This document shows, piece after piece, positions 1 through 9,325 of a stretch of DNA of 64,000 nucleotides. The stretch's first letter is position 1; each line of letters opens with the position of its first letter. The DNA comes from Flavobacteriales bacterium (GTDB taxonomy: Bacteria; Bacteroidota; Bacteroidia; Flavobacteriales_C; CBFIFL01), in assembly GCA_965661855.1 (NCBI GenBank), contig CBFIFL010000002.1:8270-72269 (forward strand), read 5' to 3'. Under the pieces are notes generated by a model. It did not search any database and was not told the origin of the DNA. It saw nothing but the letters and a program-made list of their open reading frames with translations. A program made the position numbers and the translations under genes.

Positions 1-578
1 AAATTACTCCAGTAATTAAAAATATCATCATCATTAATGTACTGTTCTTTATCGGACAGATGATGTTGCCTCAGGTTACTTTTGCTATGTACCCTGTATT
101 TGATGACGGATTCAAAGTTTATCAGATTGTAACTAACGTGTTTAGTCATGCTGGATTTAATCACTTGTTTTTTAATATGCTAACCTTGGTGTTTTTAGGG
201 ACCATGTTAGAAAGACAAATTGATTCTAAATCTTTTGGAATAATATACTTGCTCTCTGCTTTTGGAGGGTTGTTGATTAACGAAGGTGTCAACTATTTAA
301 ATGCTTTTCATTTAGGAGGAACATTATCTATTGTTTTAGGAGCTTCTGGTGCTGTATCAGGTATTGTTGCGGCTTTAGCTACTTACTCTCCTAACCAAGA
401 AGTTCGCTTGATATTCCCTCCAATTCCTGTTAAAATGAAATGGATCGCTATAGTCTTTTTAGTAATGGATTTAAGAGGTGGTGTTTCAGGTGTTTCTGAT
501 GGAGTTGCTCACTGGGTTCATATTGGAGGAATGACGACAGGTTTCTTATTAATGAAGTTTTGGTATCTTAGAAAGTAG
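1..578 (+). CDS. Rhomboid intramembrane serine protease (5'-partial)
   Basis: Frame is open from position 3 (ITPVIKNIIIINVLFF...), so the start lies before the window. HxxxxHLFFNM, catalytic GASG and AHxxHIGG motifs; hydrophobic. Confidence 0.9.
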   Translation, partial: ITPVIKNIIIINVLFFIGQMMLPQVTFAMYPVFDDGFKVYQIVTNVFSHAGFNHLFFNMLTLVFLGTMLERQIDSKSFGIIYLLSAFGGLLINEGVNYLNAFHLGGTLSIVLGASGAVSGIVAALATYSPNQEVRLIFPPIPVKMKWIAIVFLVMDLRGGVSGVSDGVAHWVHIGGMTTGFLLMKFWYLRK

Positions 579-579
579 A

Positions 580-1452
580 ATGATACGTAATTGGATAAAA
601 TCACAACCGGCTCATATTGTATTGATTGCAATAAACGTTGCAGTTTTTGCTATTCAGTCTTTACTCCTTGTTCTATCGTCTTTGTTTAAGCTAAGAATTG
701 ATTTATTTCAATCATTATTTTCATTACCATCTCATTTTAGCGAATTCATTTTAAGACCATGGTCTTTGTTTTCTTATATGTATCTGCATGGAAACTTCAT
801 GCATTTATTCTGGAATATGTTATTCTTATTCTTTTTAGGAAAGATATTCGAGCAAACATTCGGGAGAAGGACTACTTTTCAGATGTATCATATAGGAGGT
901 CTTTTTGCTGGACTTATATACTTTATTTCCTATCAAGTATTCCCTTTGTTTCAAGGCTTAGATAATCATGTATTGGTTGGAGCTTCAGGAGCTATTTATG
1001 CGTTAGTGGCAGGAATTTGTTTAGCACGACCAAAAATGCAAATAGCCCTTTTCGGAGTAATTAAAATTCCGCTGATTCTATTGTTGATTTTTTATTTGTT
1101 ATCTGATCTTTCCAATTTTTTATCTAGTAACACTGGGGGGCATTTGACTCATATCGCTGGAGCAGGATTTGGAATTTGGTTCGCCCTTAAAATGAATAAA
1201 GGAGTAAACATACTTCTACCGGTAGCAAGATTCTTTGATAAGTTTAAATGGAAGAATAAGCGTAAGACTAACATGAAAGTAGTCTATAATAAGAAGGTGA
1301 AAAGTATGAATGACGATGAGTATAATTATACTCAAAAAGCGAATGAACAAAAGCTGAACGAGATACTAGATAAGATTTCAAAGTCGGGTTATGATTCGCT
1401 AAGCAAGTCTGAGAAAGACTTTTTGAACTTCATGAGCAGTCATGGTAAGTAA
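580..1452 (+). CDS. Rhomboid intramembrane serine protease with C-terminal soluble DUF6576-like tail
   Basis: RPWSLFSYMYLHGNFMHLFWNM, LVGASG, NTGGHLTH; tail LNEILDKISKSGYDSLSKSEKDFL. Confidence 0.88.
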   Translation: MIRNWIKSQPAHIVLIAINVAVFAIQSLLLVLSSLFKLRIDLFQSLFSLPSHFSEFILRPWSLFSYMYLHGNFMHLFWNMLFLFFLGKIFEQTFGRRTTFQMYHIGGLFAGLIYFISYQVFPLFQGLDNHVLVGASGAIYALVAGICLARPKMQIALFGVIKIPLILLLIFYLLSDLSNFLSSNTGGHLTHIAGAGFGIWFALKMNKGVNILLPVARFFDKFKWKNKRKTNMKVVYNKKVKSMNDDEYNYTQKANEQKLNEILDKISKSGYDSLSKSEKDFLNFMSSHGK

Positions 1453-1686
1453 TTACAAGCTTATTCTTTCAGCATAAACAATATCATCTCCTTGTATTTT
1501 TATTCCAACAGCTATATTCTTAGTTGATGATTTTTTCCATTTCATAAACTCTCCATTACTAGCAAAATAGTACTCGTTTGAACTCTTTGCTTTCGTTTCA
1601 AATATTCTCCCAAAAACTTCCTTTCCCGATCTTAAAATAAATCGACAAGGTGACTCTACATAAAACCCTAAATCCAAACTCTGCAT
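1453..1686 (-). CDS. Small hypothetical protein (77 aa, beta-rich)
   Basis: ATG-start ORF whose stop abuts the rhomboid stop; protein-like composition; family not recognised. Confidence 0.55.
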   Translation of the reverse strand: MQSLDLGFYVESPCRFILRSGKEVFGRIFETKAKSSNEYYFASNGEFMKWKKSSTKNIAVGIKIQGDDIVYAERISL

Positions 1687-1921
1687 AACTCAATCTTTTA
1701 TATTTCCAATGTCTCTCAGGTAAACGGTGATCTTTTGAAATGGTTGGCTATAAGATATCCACAGGCTGTTGATAAGCTTGTGACTTGTGAATAGATGTGT
1801 TTAGAATAATAATCTTTTAACAATGGTTTAAAAAGAATTGTTTACTAATTTAATTCTATAAGTAGGTTGATAATATGAAATATAAGACTGGAGTAGTATT
1901 TTTACCTAAAACATCAATACT

Positions 1922-3211
1922 ATGTCAAATAAACCTTTCAAAGGTATTGAAAACCAGAGGAATGACTTGTGGTTTGGAGATCTGAAAAGAAAGAGGAAGC
2001 CAGGACCTTCTCAAACGAATAAAACGTATTCGGAATACAGTATGTCCACACAAAGTGTACATGCTGGTCAGTATGATGATCCAATAAGTGGAGCTATTGG
2101 TACGCCAATATTCCAGAGTTCTACCTTTTATTTGAATTCAGATAGATACGAATCGGTTGAAGAGGGAACAGCGAGGGATACTTTTATTTATACCAGATAT
2201 GGTAACCCTTCACAATGGTCTCTTCAAGAAAAAATAGCAACACTAGAAAATGCTGAAAGTGCGATTGTGTTTTCTTCTGGAATGGCTGCAATCTCATCAT
2301 CAGTTTTTGCTTTGGTTGAAAAGGGATGTAATATCATTACCTCTAGAGATCTTTATGGTGGAACGTATAACTTGCTTTATGAAGATCTTCAACGTTTTGG
2401 AATTGAAGTTAAGTTTGTTGACATGACTGATATCGAAGAGATAGAGTCAGCTATTGATGATAGAACAAAATTGATGTTTTTTGAGTCGCTTTCGAATCCA
2501 TTATTAAAAATAGCACCGGTTGATAAATTGGTAGAGATTAGAAAGAATCATGGACTTAGGATTATAATCGATAATACATTTCTAACACCGTTTAATCTTA
2601 AGCCTTTGGATTTAGGTGTGGATTTAGTGGTGAACAGTGCAACAAAGTACTTAGGAGGTCACTCTGACTTAGTTGCAGGAACGGTTTCAGGAAGTCGTAA
2701 GATGATAGATATGGTTTGGGGACAAATGCTCAAACTAGGAGGTTCAATGGATCCTCATGCTTGTTTTATGTTAGAGCGAAGTTTAAAAACATTTGCTTTA
2801 AGAATGCGAGCGCATAACTACAATGCCACCGTTTTAGCTGATTTTTTACAGGATCATCCAAGGATTAAGCAAGTGTTCTTTCCTGGTTTCGATACTTATC
2901 CGTACGAAGCCGATAAAGAAAGAATGGGAGCAGGTTGTAGTGGTATGATCAGTTTTGTAATTGAAGGTGGAGATGAAATGTCTCATGCTTTATTAGCGGC
3001 ATTAAAGTTACCAAGAGAAGCAACGAGTTTAGGAGGAGTGGAGAGTTTAGTGAGTTTACCTTATAACACTTCTCAAGCTTCATTAACTAAAAAACAACGA
3101 GAAGCGATAGGTATACAAGATGGTACTATTCGTTTATCTGTGGGAATAGAAGATTCAGAGGATTTAATAAATGATTTCAAACAAGCTTTAGATTTTATAT
3201 ATGAGAAATAA
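1922..3211 (+). CDS. Cys/Met metabolism PLP-dependent enzyme (cystathionine gamma-lyase/synthase family)
   Basis: PIFQSSTF, YTRYGNP, FSSGMAAI, LYGGT, DNTF, SATKYLGGHSD (PLP lysine), SLGGVESL, IRLSVGIED. Confidence 0.92.
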   Translation: MSNKPFKGIENQRNDLWFGDLKRKRKPGPSQTNKTYSEYSMSTQSVHAGQYDDPISGAIGTPIFQSSTFYLNSDRYESVEEGTARDTFIYTRYGNPSQWSLQEKIATLENAESAIVFSSGMAAISSSVFALVEKGCNIITSRDLYGGTYNLLYEDLQRFGIEVKFVDMTDIEEIESAIDDRTKLMFFESLSNPLLKIAPVDKLVEIRKNHGLRIIIDNTFLTPFNLKPLDLGVDLVVNSATKYLGGHSDLVAGTVSGSRKMIDMVWGQMLKLGGSMDPHACFMLERSLKTFALRMRAHNYNATVLADFLQDHPRIKQVFFPGFDTYPYEADKERMGAGCSGMISFVIEGGDEMSHALLAALKLPREATSLGGVESLVSLPYNTSQASLTKKQREAIGIQDGTIRLSVGIEDSEDLINDFKQALDFIYEK

Positions 3212-3743
3212 CATTAATGTAGCTGGAATTAGCGAGTACGTTAACGAGATTAAGGAGAACCCAAATGAGGCTATGGCTTCTTTTGGAGTTGAGTTGGACT
3301 GGGTAAGTGGAACAAAGAACAAGGTGTCTACTAAGCCTTTAATGATCGGTGATCATAAGTTGGTTAGAACATTTGAGTTTAATGTTGATGAACCTGCTCA
3401 GCTATTAGGAATCAATCAATTTGCTAACCCTGCTGAATATTTGATGGGAGCGGTTGCAGCTTGTATGTCTGTTACTTTTACAGCAGGAGCAACGATGATG
3501 GGAATTACTTTGGAAAAGCTTTCTATCGAAATGAGAGGTGGAATGAATCTAAAAGGATTCTTAGGAATGGATGAAGATACTTATGCTGGTGTAGAGGAGA
3601 TTAACTGTGAAATTCATGTTAAAGGAAACGGGACTAAAGAGCAGTATGAAACATTGAAAGATAGAGTTAAAAAGCATTCTCCAAATTTTAATACTATTGT
3701 AAACGGTGTTAGGATGGAGCCTAAGTTAGTTGTTGAGGAATAG
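3201..3743 (+). CDS. OsmC/Ohr family protein
   Basis: DEPAQLLG..ANPAEYLMGAVAAC motif; overlaps the upstream gene by 11 bp. Confidence 0.85.
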   Translation: MRNNINVAGISEYVNEIKENPNEAMASFGVELDWVSGTKNKVSTKPLMIGDHKLVRTFEFNVDEPAQLLGINQFANPAEYLMGAVAACMSVTFTAGATMMGITLEKLSIEMRGGMNLKGFLGMDEDTYAGVEEINCEIHVKGNGTKEQYETLKDRVKKHSPNFNTIVNGVRMEPKLVVEE

Positions 3744-3756
3744 TTCTTAGACTGTA

Positions 3757-3841
3757 AATGATCGGGCACCCGCAAGGGGAGCCCCTACCAGAGTTTGTTA
3801 ACGAGTATCGTAGTGGCTCCCCAAGCGGGTGCCCGAACATT
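3757..3841. repeat. REP/REPIN-like inverted repeat: two 32-bp GTAG-headed GC-rich units
   Basis: Reverse complement of 3757-3788 is gtaggggctccccttgcgggtgcccgatcatt; 3810-3841 is gtagtggctccccaagcgggtgcccgaacatt (28/32 identical), 21-bp spacer. Confidence 0.75.
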
Positions 3842-3921
3842 CGATATTTTAAACGTTTGAATCCTCTATAATAGTCAGCAAGTAATACTTACCAAAGAAA
3901 CCCCCTACAATACCCCGCTAT

Positions 3922-6234
3922 CTATAACTTTCCAACCTTTAACCCAAAGAAGAAAGTTCTGGGTAAAGACGGTCCGTACACAAAATTACTATCTCTGTTT
4001 TTACCGATATCGAAGTTATTCTGGTAAGAGTTAAACACATTCTTTACTCCGGTGAATAATTCAAATTTATTACCTGTCTTTTTAACTTTTAAAGCATACG
4101 AGAACTTGAGGCTTAAGTCAGAGAAAGACTCTGTATCTAACAAAACATCACTATCAAAGTTTTCAGCACCTGCAAAGTGAGGAACAATCATTGATCCGGT
4201 ATAAACGTAGTTGATGTTCAATGACCACGCTTTTTTTGGAGTGATAGTTAAGCTTGCAAAACCATAGTCATTTGGAGTTCTGATAAAACTTTTTGTACCT
4301 GCAATGCCATCAATGTATTCAACTGTTTCTTCGTATTCACTGCTTTGTAAGGTGAAACCTCCTTCAAGTTGCCATTTACTATCATAGTTAATCCTTGTTT
4401 CCACAGTGATTCCTTGAACAGTTGCACCTTGTCCGTTTTCCTTTTGAAATACTTCACCAAAAGCATCTTCACCAATAGGGTTTAATATGAATGCATTTTT
4501 AAGCTCTGTATGGAAGGCTTCAATGGTATATCCCCAGATATACTTTTCTTTTGCCTTATCGTAGTTCATGGATAAGTTAAAGCTGTTTGAGTTTTCCGCC
4601 ATTAAGTTTGGAGATAGCACGACTCTAGAAATTCCACCACCAGCAAAAGCCATATGCATGTCTGCATCAAATGCTTGAGGAGCTCTAAATCCTGTACCGT
4701 AATTAGCTCTAAACTGAATGTTATCTTTCATTTTGTATAATAATGAGGCTCTTGGATTTAATTGTACGTTTGATATTAAGCTATGATCATCTAGTCTAAA
4801 TCCCGCTAAAAGGTTTATCTGTGAATTTATTTTCCAATCAGATTGAAAAAAGCTTCCAAAGTTTCTAGTGGTTTGATCAATGATATAAGCAAATGCAGGG
4901 ATTTGATCAATTACGTCATCGTAAATGTATTCCGTTCCTAAAGTCAATATATTTTCACCTTTTAAGAAATTACTAAGCTTATGATTCATTTGCACTCCAA
5001 GGTTGAATGTTTGAACCAATGAAGTTCCATAGGGAGGAGTAGATATGTGGTTTTGGTATTCTAAAGAATCATCAGGTGTAATTCCTGTGTAATGTTTTCT
5101 GTTGGTATTTTGCCAAGCAGCGTAAGAGATAAACGTTGTTTTTTGATTATTGAAATTCACCTGGTAATCAGCACTAGCCATCCAGACATGATGTGTTCTT
5201 TCTTCCGATTGTTGAGTTAAGTATGCTGGGACATCAAGGTTCATTTCTCCGCCAACTCTATATTCATTCATATGGCTTAAACTAACTTCAAGTTTTTGAT
5301 TTTCCTTTGGAAGGAAGAATAAGTTTGTTCCAAAAGCGATAGCGTTTAAAAGTGGTAGCTCAGAGAAGTTATCGTCATTGTGATCGTAAAAATCTCTATC
5401 TCTTTTGTTGAGGAAGAAGCTAGCTCCGGATTTCAAATCTTTATCTAAAATAGTAGCGTTAGCTAAAAGCATATTGTCAGTAGATTGTCCGTTTACTAAC
5501 TGAAATGAATTTGATATGTCATAAGAGTTTTTCTTAGGGATTTTAGTAATCACGTTAACTGTTCCTCCAATGGCACTAGATCCATAAAGTGAAGAACCTC
5601 CTCCTCGAACAACTTCAATTCTTTCAATCATATTAACAGGAAGTTGCTCCATTCCATAAAGACCTGTTAAAGGACTGAAAATTGGTCTGCCGTTAACTAG
5701 GATCTGAGAGTATCCACCTGCTAAACCATTCATTCTTAATTGGGTATAGTTACACGTTTGACAATCTGTTTCAACTCTAAGTCCTGGCTGGAACTTTAAA
5801 CCTTCCGCTAGATTACAAGATTGCGTATTTTCTAAAGAAGCACTAGAAGTAACATTAACAATGACTGGTGATTCTGTTTTTCTTTTGAATGTTTTACTTC
5901 CTGTAACAACAACCTCGTCCAACAACAAGCTCTTTTCATGTAAGTCAATATTTAAATTAACGTTTAAGTTATTGTGACTTATTGTAATTGCTTTATGAAG
6001 CTTTTCATATCCAATAAAAGAGATAATCAGCTGGTAGTCTCCTTCAGGAATGTTTGATAAAGAGTATTTTCCTTGCTTGTTTGTACTTACGCCAAGTTTT
6101 AAACTTTCAATTGAAACACTTGCAAATTCAACAGGTTCACCATCAGCTTTAACTGTTCCACTAATTTTTCCAGTATGAGATAATGCTGTAGTTAACATTG
6201 TCATACAAATTCCTAATACAAAATGTTTTAACAT
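3922..6234 (-). CDS. TonB-dependent receptor, probably for metal uptake
   Basis: N-terminal carboxypeptidase-regulatory-like domain, LDEVVVTG, plug motif IERIEVVRGGGSSLYGSSAIGGTVNVITK, C-terminal PRTFFFGLK. Start moved to MLKHF (6234). Confidence 0.9.
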   Translation of the reverse strand: MLKHFVLGICMTMLTTALSHTGKISGTVKADGEPVEFASVSIESLKLGVSTNKQGKYSLSNIPEGDYQLIISFIGYEKLHKAITISHNNLNVNLNIDLHEKSLLLDEVVVTGSKTFKRKTESPVIVNVTSSASLENTQSCNLAEGLKFQPGLRVETDCQTCNYTQLRMNGLAGGYSQILVNGRPIFSPLTGLYGMEQLPVNMIERIEVVRGGGSSLYGSSAIGGTVNVITKIPKKNSYDISNSFQLVNGQSTDNMLLANATILDKDLKSGASFFLNKRDRDFYDHNDDNFSELPLLNAIAFGTNLFFLPKENQKLEVSLSHMNEYRVGGEMNLDVPAYLTQQSEERTHHVWMASADYQVNFNNQKTTFISYAAWQNTNRKHYTGITPDDSLEYQNHISTPPYGTSLVQTFNLGVQMNHKLSNFLKGENILTLGTEYIYDDVIDQIPAFAYIIDQTTRNFGSFFQSDWKINSQINLLAGFRLDDHSLISNVQLNPRASLLYKMKDNIQFRANYGTGFRAPQAFDADMHMAFAGGGISRVVLSPNLMAENSNSFNLSMNYDKAKEKYIWGYTIEAFHTELKNAFILNPIGEDAFGEVFQKENGQGATVQGITVETRINYDSKWQLEGGFTLQSSEYEETVEYIDGIAGTKSFIRTPNDYGFASLTITPKKAWSLNINYVYTGSMIVPHFAGAENFDSDVLLDTESFSDLSLKFSYALKVKKTGNKFELFTGVKNVFNSYQNNFDIGKNRDSNFVYGPSLPRTFFFGLKVGKL

Positions 6235-6281
6235 ATTTCGACGATTATTAACCTTAATTATTGTAGTGCAAATATACAAAG

Positions 6282-6295
6282 TTAGATTAGTCTAA
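6282..6295. promoter_or_regulatory. Putative DtxR/MntR operator palindrome TTAGA-N4-TCTAA
   Basis: ttagattagtctaa lies between divergent -7 elements (TATATTTG on minus 6269-6276; TATTTTTG on plus 6319-6326) and resembles TTAGGTTAACCTAA-type boxes. Confidence 0.6.
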
Positions 6296-6340
6296 TAATT
6301 TCATGTTAGGGAATATGTTATTTTTGTTGAAAAAGCCAAA

Positions 6341-6997
6341 ATGCCTACTCAGACGAAGGAGAATTATCTTAAAGCCTTGTATCACTTAGATCAAAAAAGT
6401 GATAAGATTTCATTAACTGATCTTAGTAAAAAGATGGGGGTAAGTGCTCCTACGGTTAATGATATGGTGAAGAAGCTCCAGAAACAAGGTTGGGTAGATT
6501 ATCAAAAGTATAAACCATTGAAGATTACCAATGAAGGTAAGTTAGTAGCTGGGTTGATTATTCGTAAGCATAGATTGACTGAAATGTTCTTAACTCAGAT
6601 TATGAGTTTTGGGTGGGAAGAGGTACATGATATTGCTGAAGAAATGGAACATTTAAAGACTCCAAAACTATTTGAAAGGATGGATGAGCTTTTAGGTTTT
6701 CCTACTGAAGATCCTCATGGTTCTCCTATTCCAGATAAGGAAGGTGTTTTTCACAGTAGCAATTATCAGCGTTTGATCAATATTGAACCAGGTAAAAGTG
6801 TAGTGATTAAAGCACTTGAAAATTCATCTGTTGATTTTCTTCAATTCCTAAATAAAAAGAACATTCAATTAGGAACAAAGCTAACCATTCATAGTGTTGA
6901 AAGCTTTGACCAAACCTACACAGTCAGTTATGCAGATCATGAAAATATCAGCCTAAGCGAAACGGTTTGTGGTAGGTTGTTAGTAGAAGAACTTTAG
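6341..6997 (+). CDS. mntR: DtxR/MntR family metal-dependent repressor with C-terminal FeoA/SH3 domain
   Basis: ENYLKALY, HTH, IRKHRLTEMFL, VHDIAEEMEH, LGFPTEDPHGSPIP. Confidence 0.9.
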   Translation: MPTQTKENYLKALYHLDQKSDKISLTDLSKKMGVSAPTVNDMVKKLQKQGWVDYQKYKPLKITNEGKLVAGLIIRKHRLTEMFLTQIMSFGWEEVHDIAEEMEHLKTPKLFERMDELLGFPTEDPHGSPIPDKEGVFHSSNYQRLINIEPGKSVVIKALENSSVDFLQFLNKKNIQLGTKLTIHSVESFDQTYTVSYADHENISLSETVCGRLLVEEL

Positions 6998-9219
6998 TCT
7001 ATTACCTTTTCAATATTCGTATTAACAAAAAGTACATCTCCAATTTCGTCGTATCCTAAGAATAGCTCTGTATGCTTTCCTTTAACTGATTCGGTATTAA
7101 ATCCAAGTGCAGTTAAATCGGCAGTATTTGATCTTTGATTGATAACTTCCTTCAGATTTAAGTCTGATTGGTATCCGATTACCTCAATGTTATTTGCTGA
7201 GATAGGAAGACGACCAGAAGCAATCAAAGCTTTGATTTCATTAATTCCTTGAGTTTTTTCATCGTCAGGGAAAACAGCAAAAATGCTAATCTCTGCATCT
7301 TTCCAGTCTTTATGACCCATTATAATGTAGCTCATAAGAATCATCAAGTTTGCGTTCACAAAATCCTGATGCGTAATCCAAATATGAATTTTCTGTTTAT
7401 AGCCAAATGATTTCTTTGAACTACCTAGAATACAAACGTCAAACTCTGCACTTTTAATTAGTCCGAAATTATCAGCGATATCAGATAATCCATCAGGGTT
7501 GTTTTTGTCGAATTCAAACATCAACATGTTATTGTCTTTTCCTGAGATACCAGGAAGTTGAATGATTTGAGCAATTGCAGAAGTATAGGAAGGTGAGATT
7601 AACGTATCTAGATACACATTAGAACGACTTATACCAGCCATTTTAATCAATTTCTTTAAAGCAGTATCAGCTTCTTTCGTTGTCTCTTTTGAAAAGTAAC
7701 CATTAATGAAGTGGATGTATGTCCCGAATCCATAGCGATGAGATATCCATTTCATCATTTCGAATGAAGAGAATCGTTGAAATGAATTACTAGAAATACA
7801 AACTACTGAAGGCCTCCAGCTTTCTTCAGCACTTTCTTTACTTGATTTCTGTAGGAAAACCTGTAATGATCTTGATATCTGGAAGATAACTCCTTGAAAC
7901 ATTACCGCAATACCGTGCTTTTCTTTTGTGTATTTACCTAGAACAAAATAGATTAAAAGCATGATTCCTGTGGCAATTAAAGCGTATTTAGGGTTCATGT
8001 AGACCATTAATGCACCACATAAAATAGCCCCTGCTAAAGAGATATACCATCTTGATTTAAACGAAGGCCTGTATGCAGGATCTGCTGAAAAGTGCTGTAA
8101 AAATGAGATCAAACAGATAGACCCGTACGTAACCATGAAGAACATGGAAATGATTTCAGCTACAACGTTTACATCTCCAATCCAAACAAATATAACGGCT
8201 ATAATACTGGTTACAATACCTGCATTTAATGGTTCGTTTTTCTTTGATTTAGAAAGAAAAGTATTGGCTTTCATGTTTGGTAGAACCTTATCATTACCTA
8301 AGGCTTGTAGTGTTCTTGGTGCAACCATGAACGAGCCTAATGCAGATGATATAGTAGCAGCGGCAAGTCCAACAAGGACTAATGGTCCCCAAAGACTGAT
8401 GTCAGCCATAACAAGTTGATTGCTATCTAAGTCTTCCGGACTTGCAGAAACAGCCAGTTTATAAGCTATGAAAATGTATATCACCATTCCTGTTAAGGTT
8501 GCTGCAAGCGTTCCAATAGGAATTGATTTTTTAGGGTCTTTTAGGTCTCCTGATAAACCTACACCAGCAGTCATTCCTGTAAAGGCAGGGAAACAAATAG
8601 CAAAGACTTTAAAGAAGGAGTCTCCACCTTCCACTTTATTGTTTAGCAGAGACATGTTAAAGTCTGGTGCTGTATCTGGACTACCAAAAAAGAAAGCCAG
8701 TAAAGCCAGGCCTAAAATAACTACAACAAAGTACAAAGCCTTCATTCCAATATCAGCTCCTTTAGTAAGCATCAATGCAATAAGTAAGCCTAGCGCAGGT
8801 AATGTGATTAGTCTTTTATTATAAATGTAGTATCCGTATTCCCAATCAATCCACTCAATTAAAGGGTCAAATGCTTCTCCAAGAGCAACAATATAAAAGG
8901 CTACAGATATGGCTTGTGATAAATAAAGAGCAATTCCAATTGATGCTCCAATGTGTAATCCGAATGATCTTGAGATGATGTAGTACTCTCCACCTCCTTC
9001 AACCTTTTGGTTTGTTGCAATTTCAGCTAGACTCAATGCGGTAGGAATAGTTACCATGTGAGCAATAAATATCATACCAACGGTCATGTAGAAACCTAGG
9101 TTACCTACAGCGTAACCGAATCGTAAAAACATGATTGCACCTAAGATGGTAGAAATCGCTGTTAAAAAAACAGGTGCCGTACCGAAATTTGCTTTTGCCT
9201 TTTGGAGTAATTCTGCCAT
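6994..9219 (-). CDS. APC-superfamily permease, cation-chloride cotransporter (SLC12)-like
   Basis: LGAIMFLRFG, GGGEYYIISRSFG, FPAFTGMTAG..SGDLKDPKKSIP, YRPSFK, WRP, large soluble C-terminal domain. Confidence 0.85.
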   Translation of the reverse strand: MAELLQKAKANFGTAPVFLTAISTILGAIMFLRFGYAVGNLGFYMTVGMIFIAHMVTIPTALSLAEIATNQKVEGGGEYYIISRSFGLHIGASIGIALYLSQAISVAFYIVALGEAFDPLIEWIDWEYGYYIYNKRLITLPALGLLIALMLTKGADIGMKALYFVVVILGLALLAFFFGSPDTAPDFNMSLLNNKVEGGDSFFKVFAICFPAFTGMTAGVGLSGDLKDPKKSIPIGTLAATLTGMVIYIFIAYKLAVSASPEDLDSNQLVMADISLWGPLVLVGLAAATISSALGSFMVAPRTLQALGNDKVLPNMKANTFLSKSKKNEPLNAGIVTSIIAVIFVWIGDVNVVAEIISMFFMVTYGSICLISFLQHFSADPAYRPSFKSRWYISLAGAILCGALMVYMNPKYALIATGIMLLIYFVLGKYTKEKHGIAVMFQGVIFQISRSLQVFLQKSSKESAEESWRPSVVCISSNSFQRFSSFEMMKWISHRYGFGTYIHFINGYFSKETTKEADTALKKLIKMAGISRSNVYLDTLISPSYTSAIAQIIQLPGISGKDNNMLMFEFDKNNPDGLSDIADNFGLIKSAEFDVCILGSSKKSFGYKQKIHIWITHQDFVNANLMILMSYIIMGHKDWKDAEISIFAVFPDDEKTQGINEIKALIASGRLPISANNIEVIGYQSDLNLKEVINQRSNTADLTALGFNTESVKGKHTELFLGYDEIGDVLFVNTNIEKVID

Positions 9220-9325
9220 TCTCTCAATTTGAACCAAAAATAGTTAATAATAATGTTGGTAAAGAAATAGAAAGCATTTCGATTGTGAATGAATGCTCTT
9301 TATTTTTATTATCAAATACTGAAAC

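Noticed and set aside
1-1452. Tandem rhomboids, plus a third rhomboid near an SPFH gene, as a novel proteolysis system
   Set aside because: The tandem rhomboid pair is a common Bacteroidota arrangement, and the third rhomboid is separated from SPFH by an opposite-strand operon.
8135-8824. Antisense or alternate-frame ORFs here and inside other long genes (e.g. 4248, 10723, 16398, 21472, 37986, 47308, 58141-59103, 63250)
   Set aside because: They are shadow ORFs overlapping well-supported genes and have no recognisable motifs.
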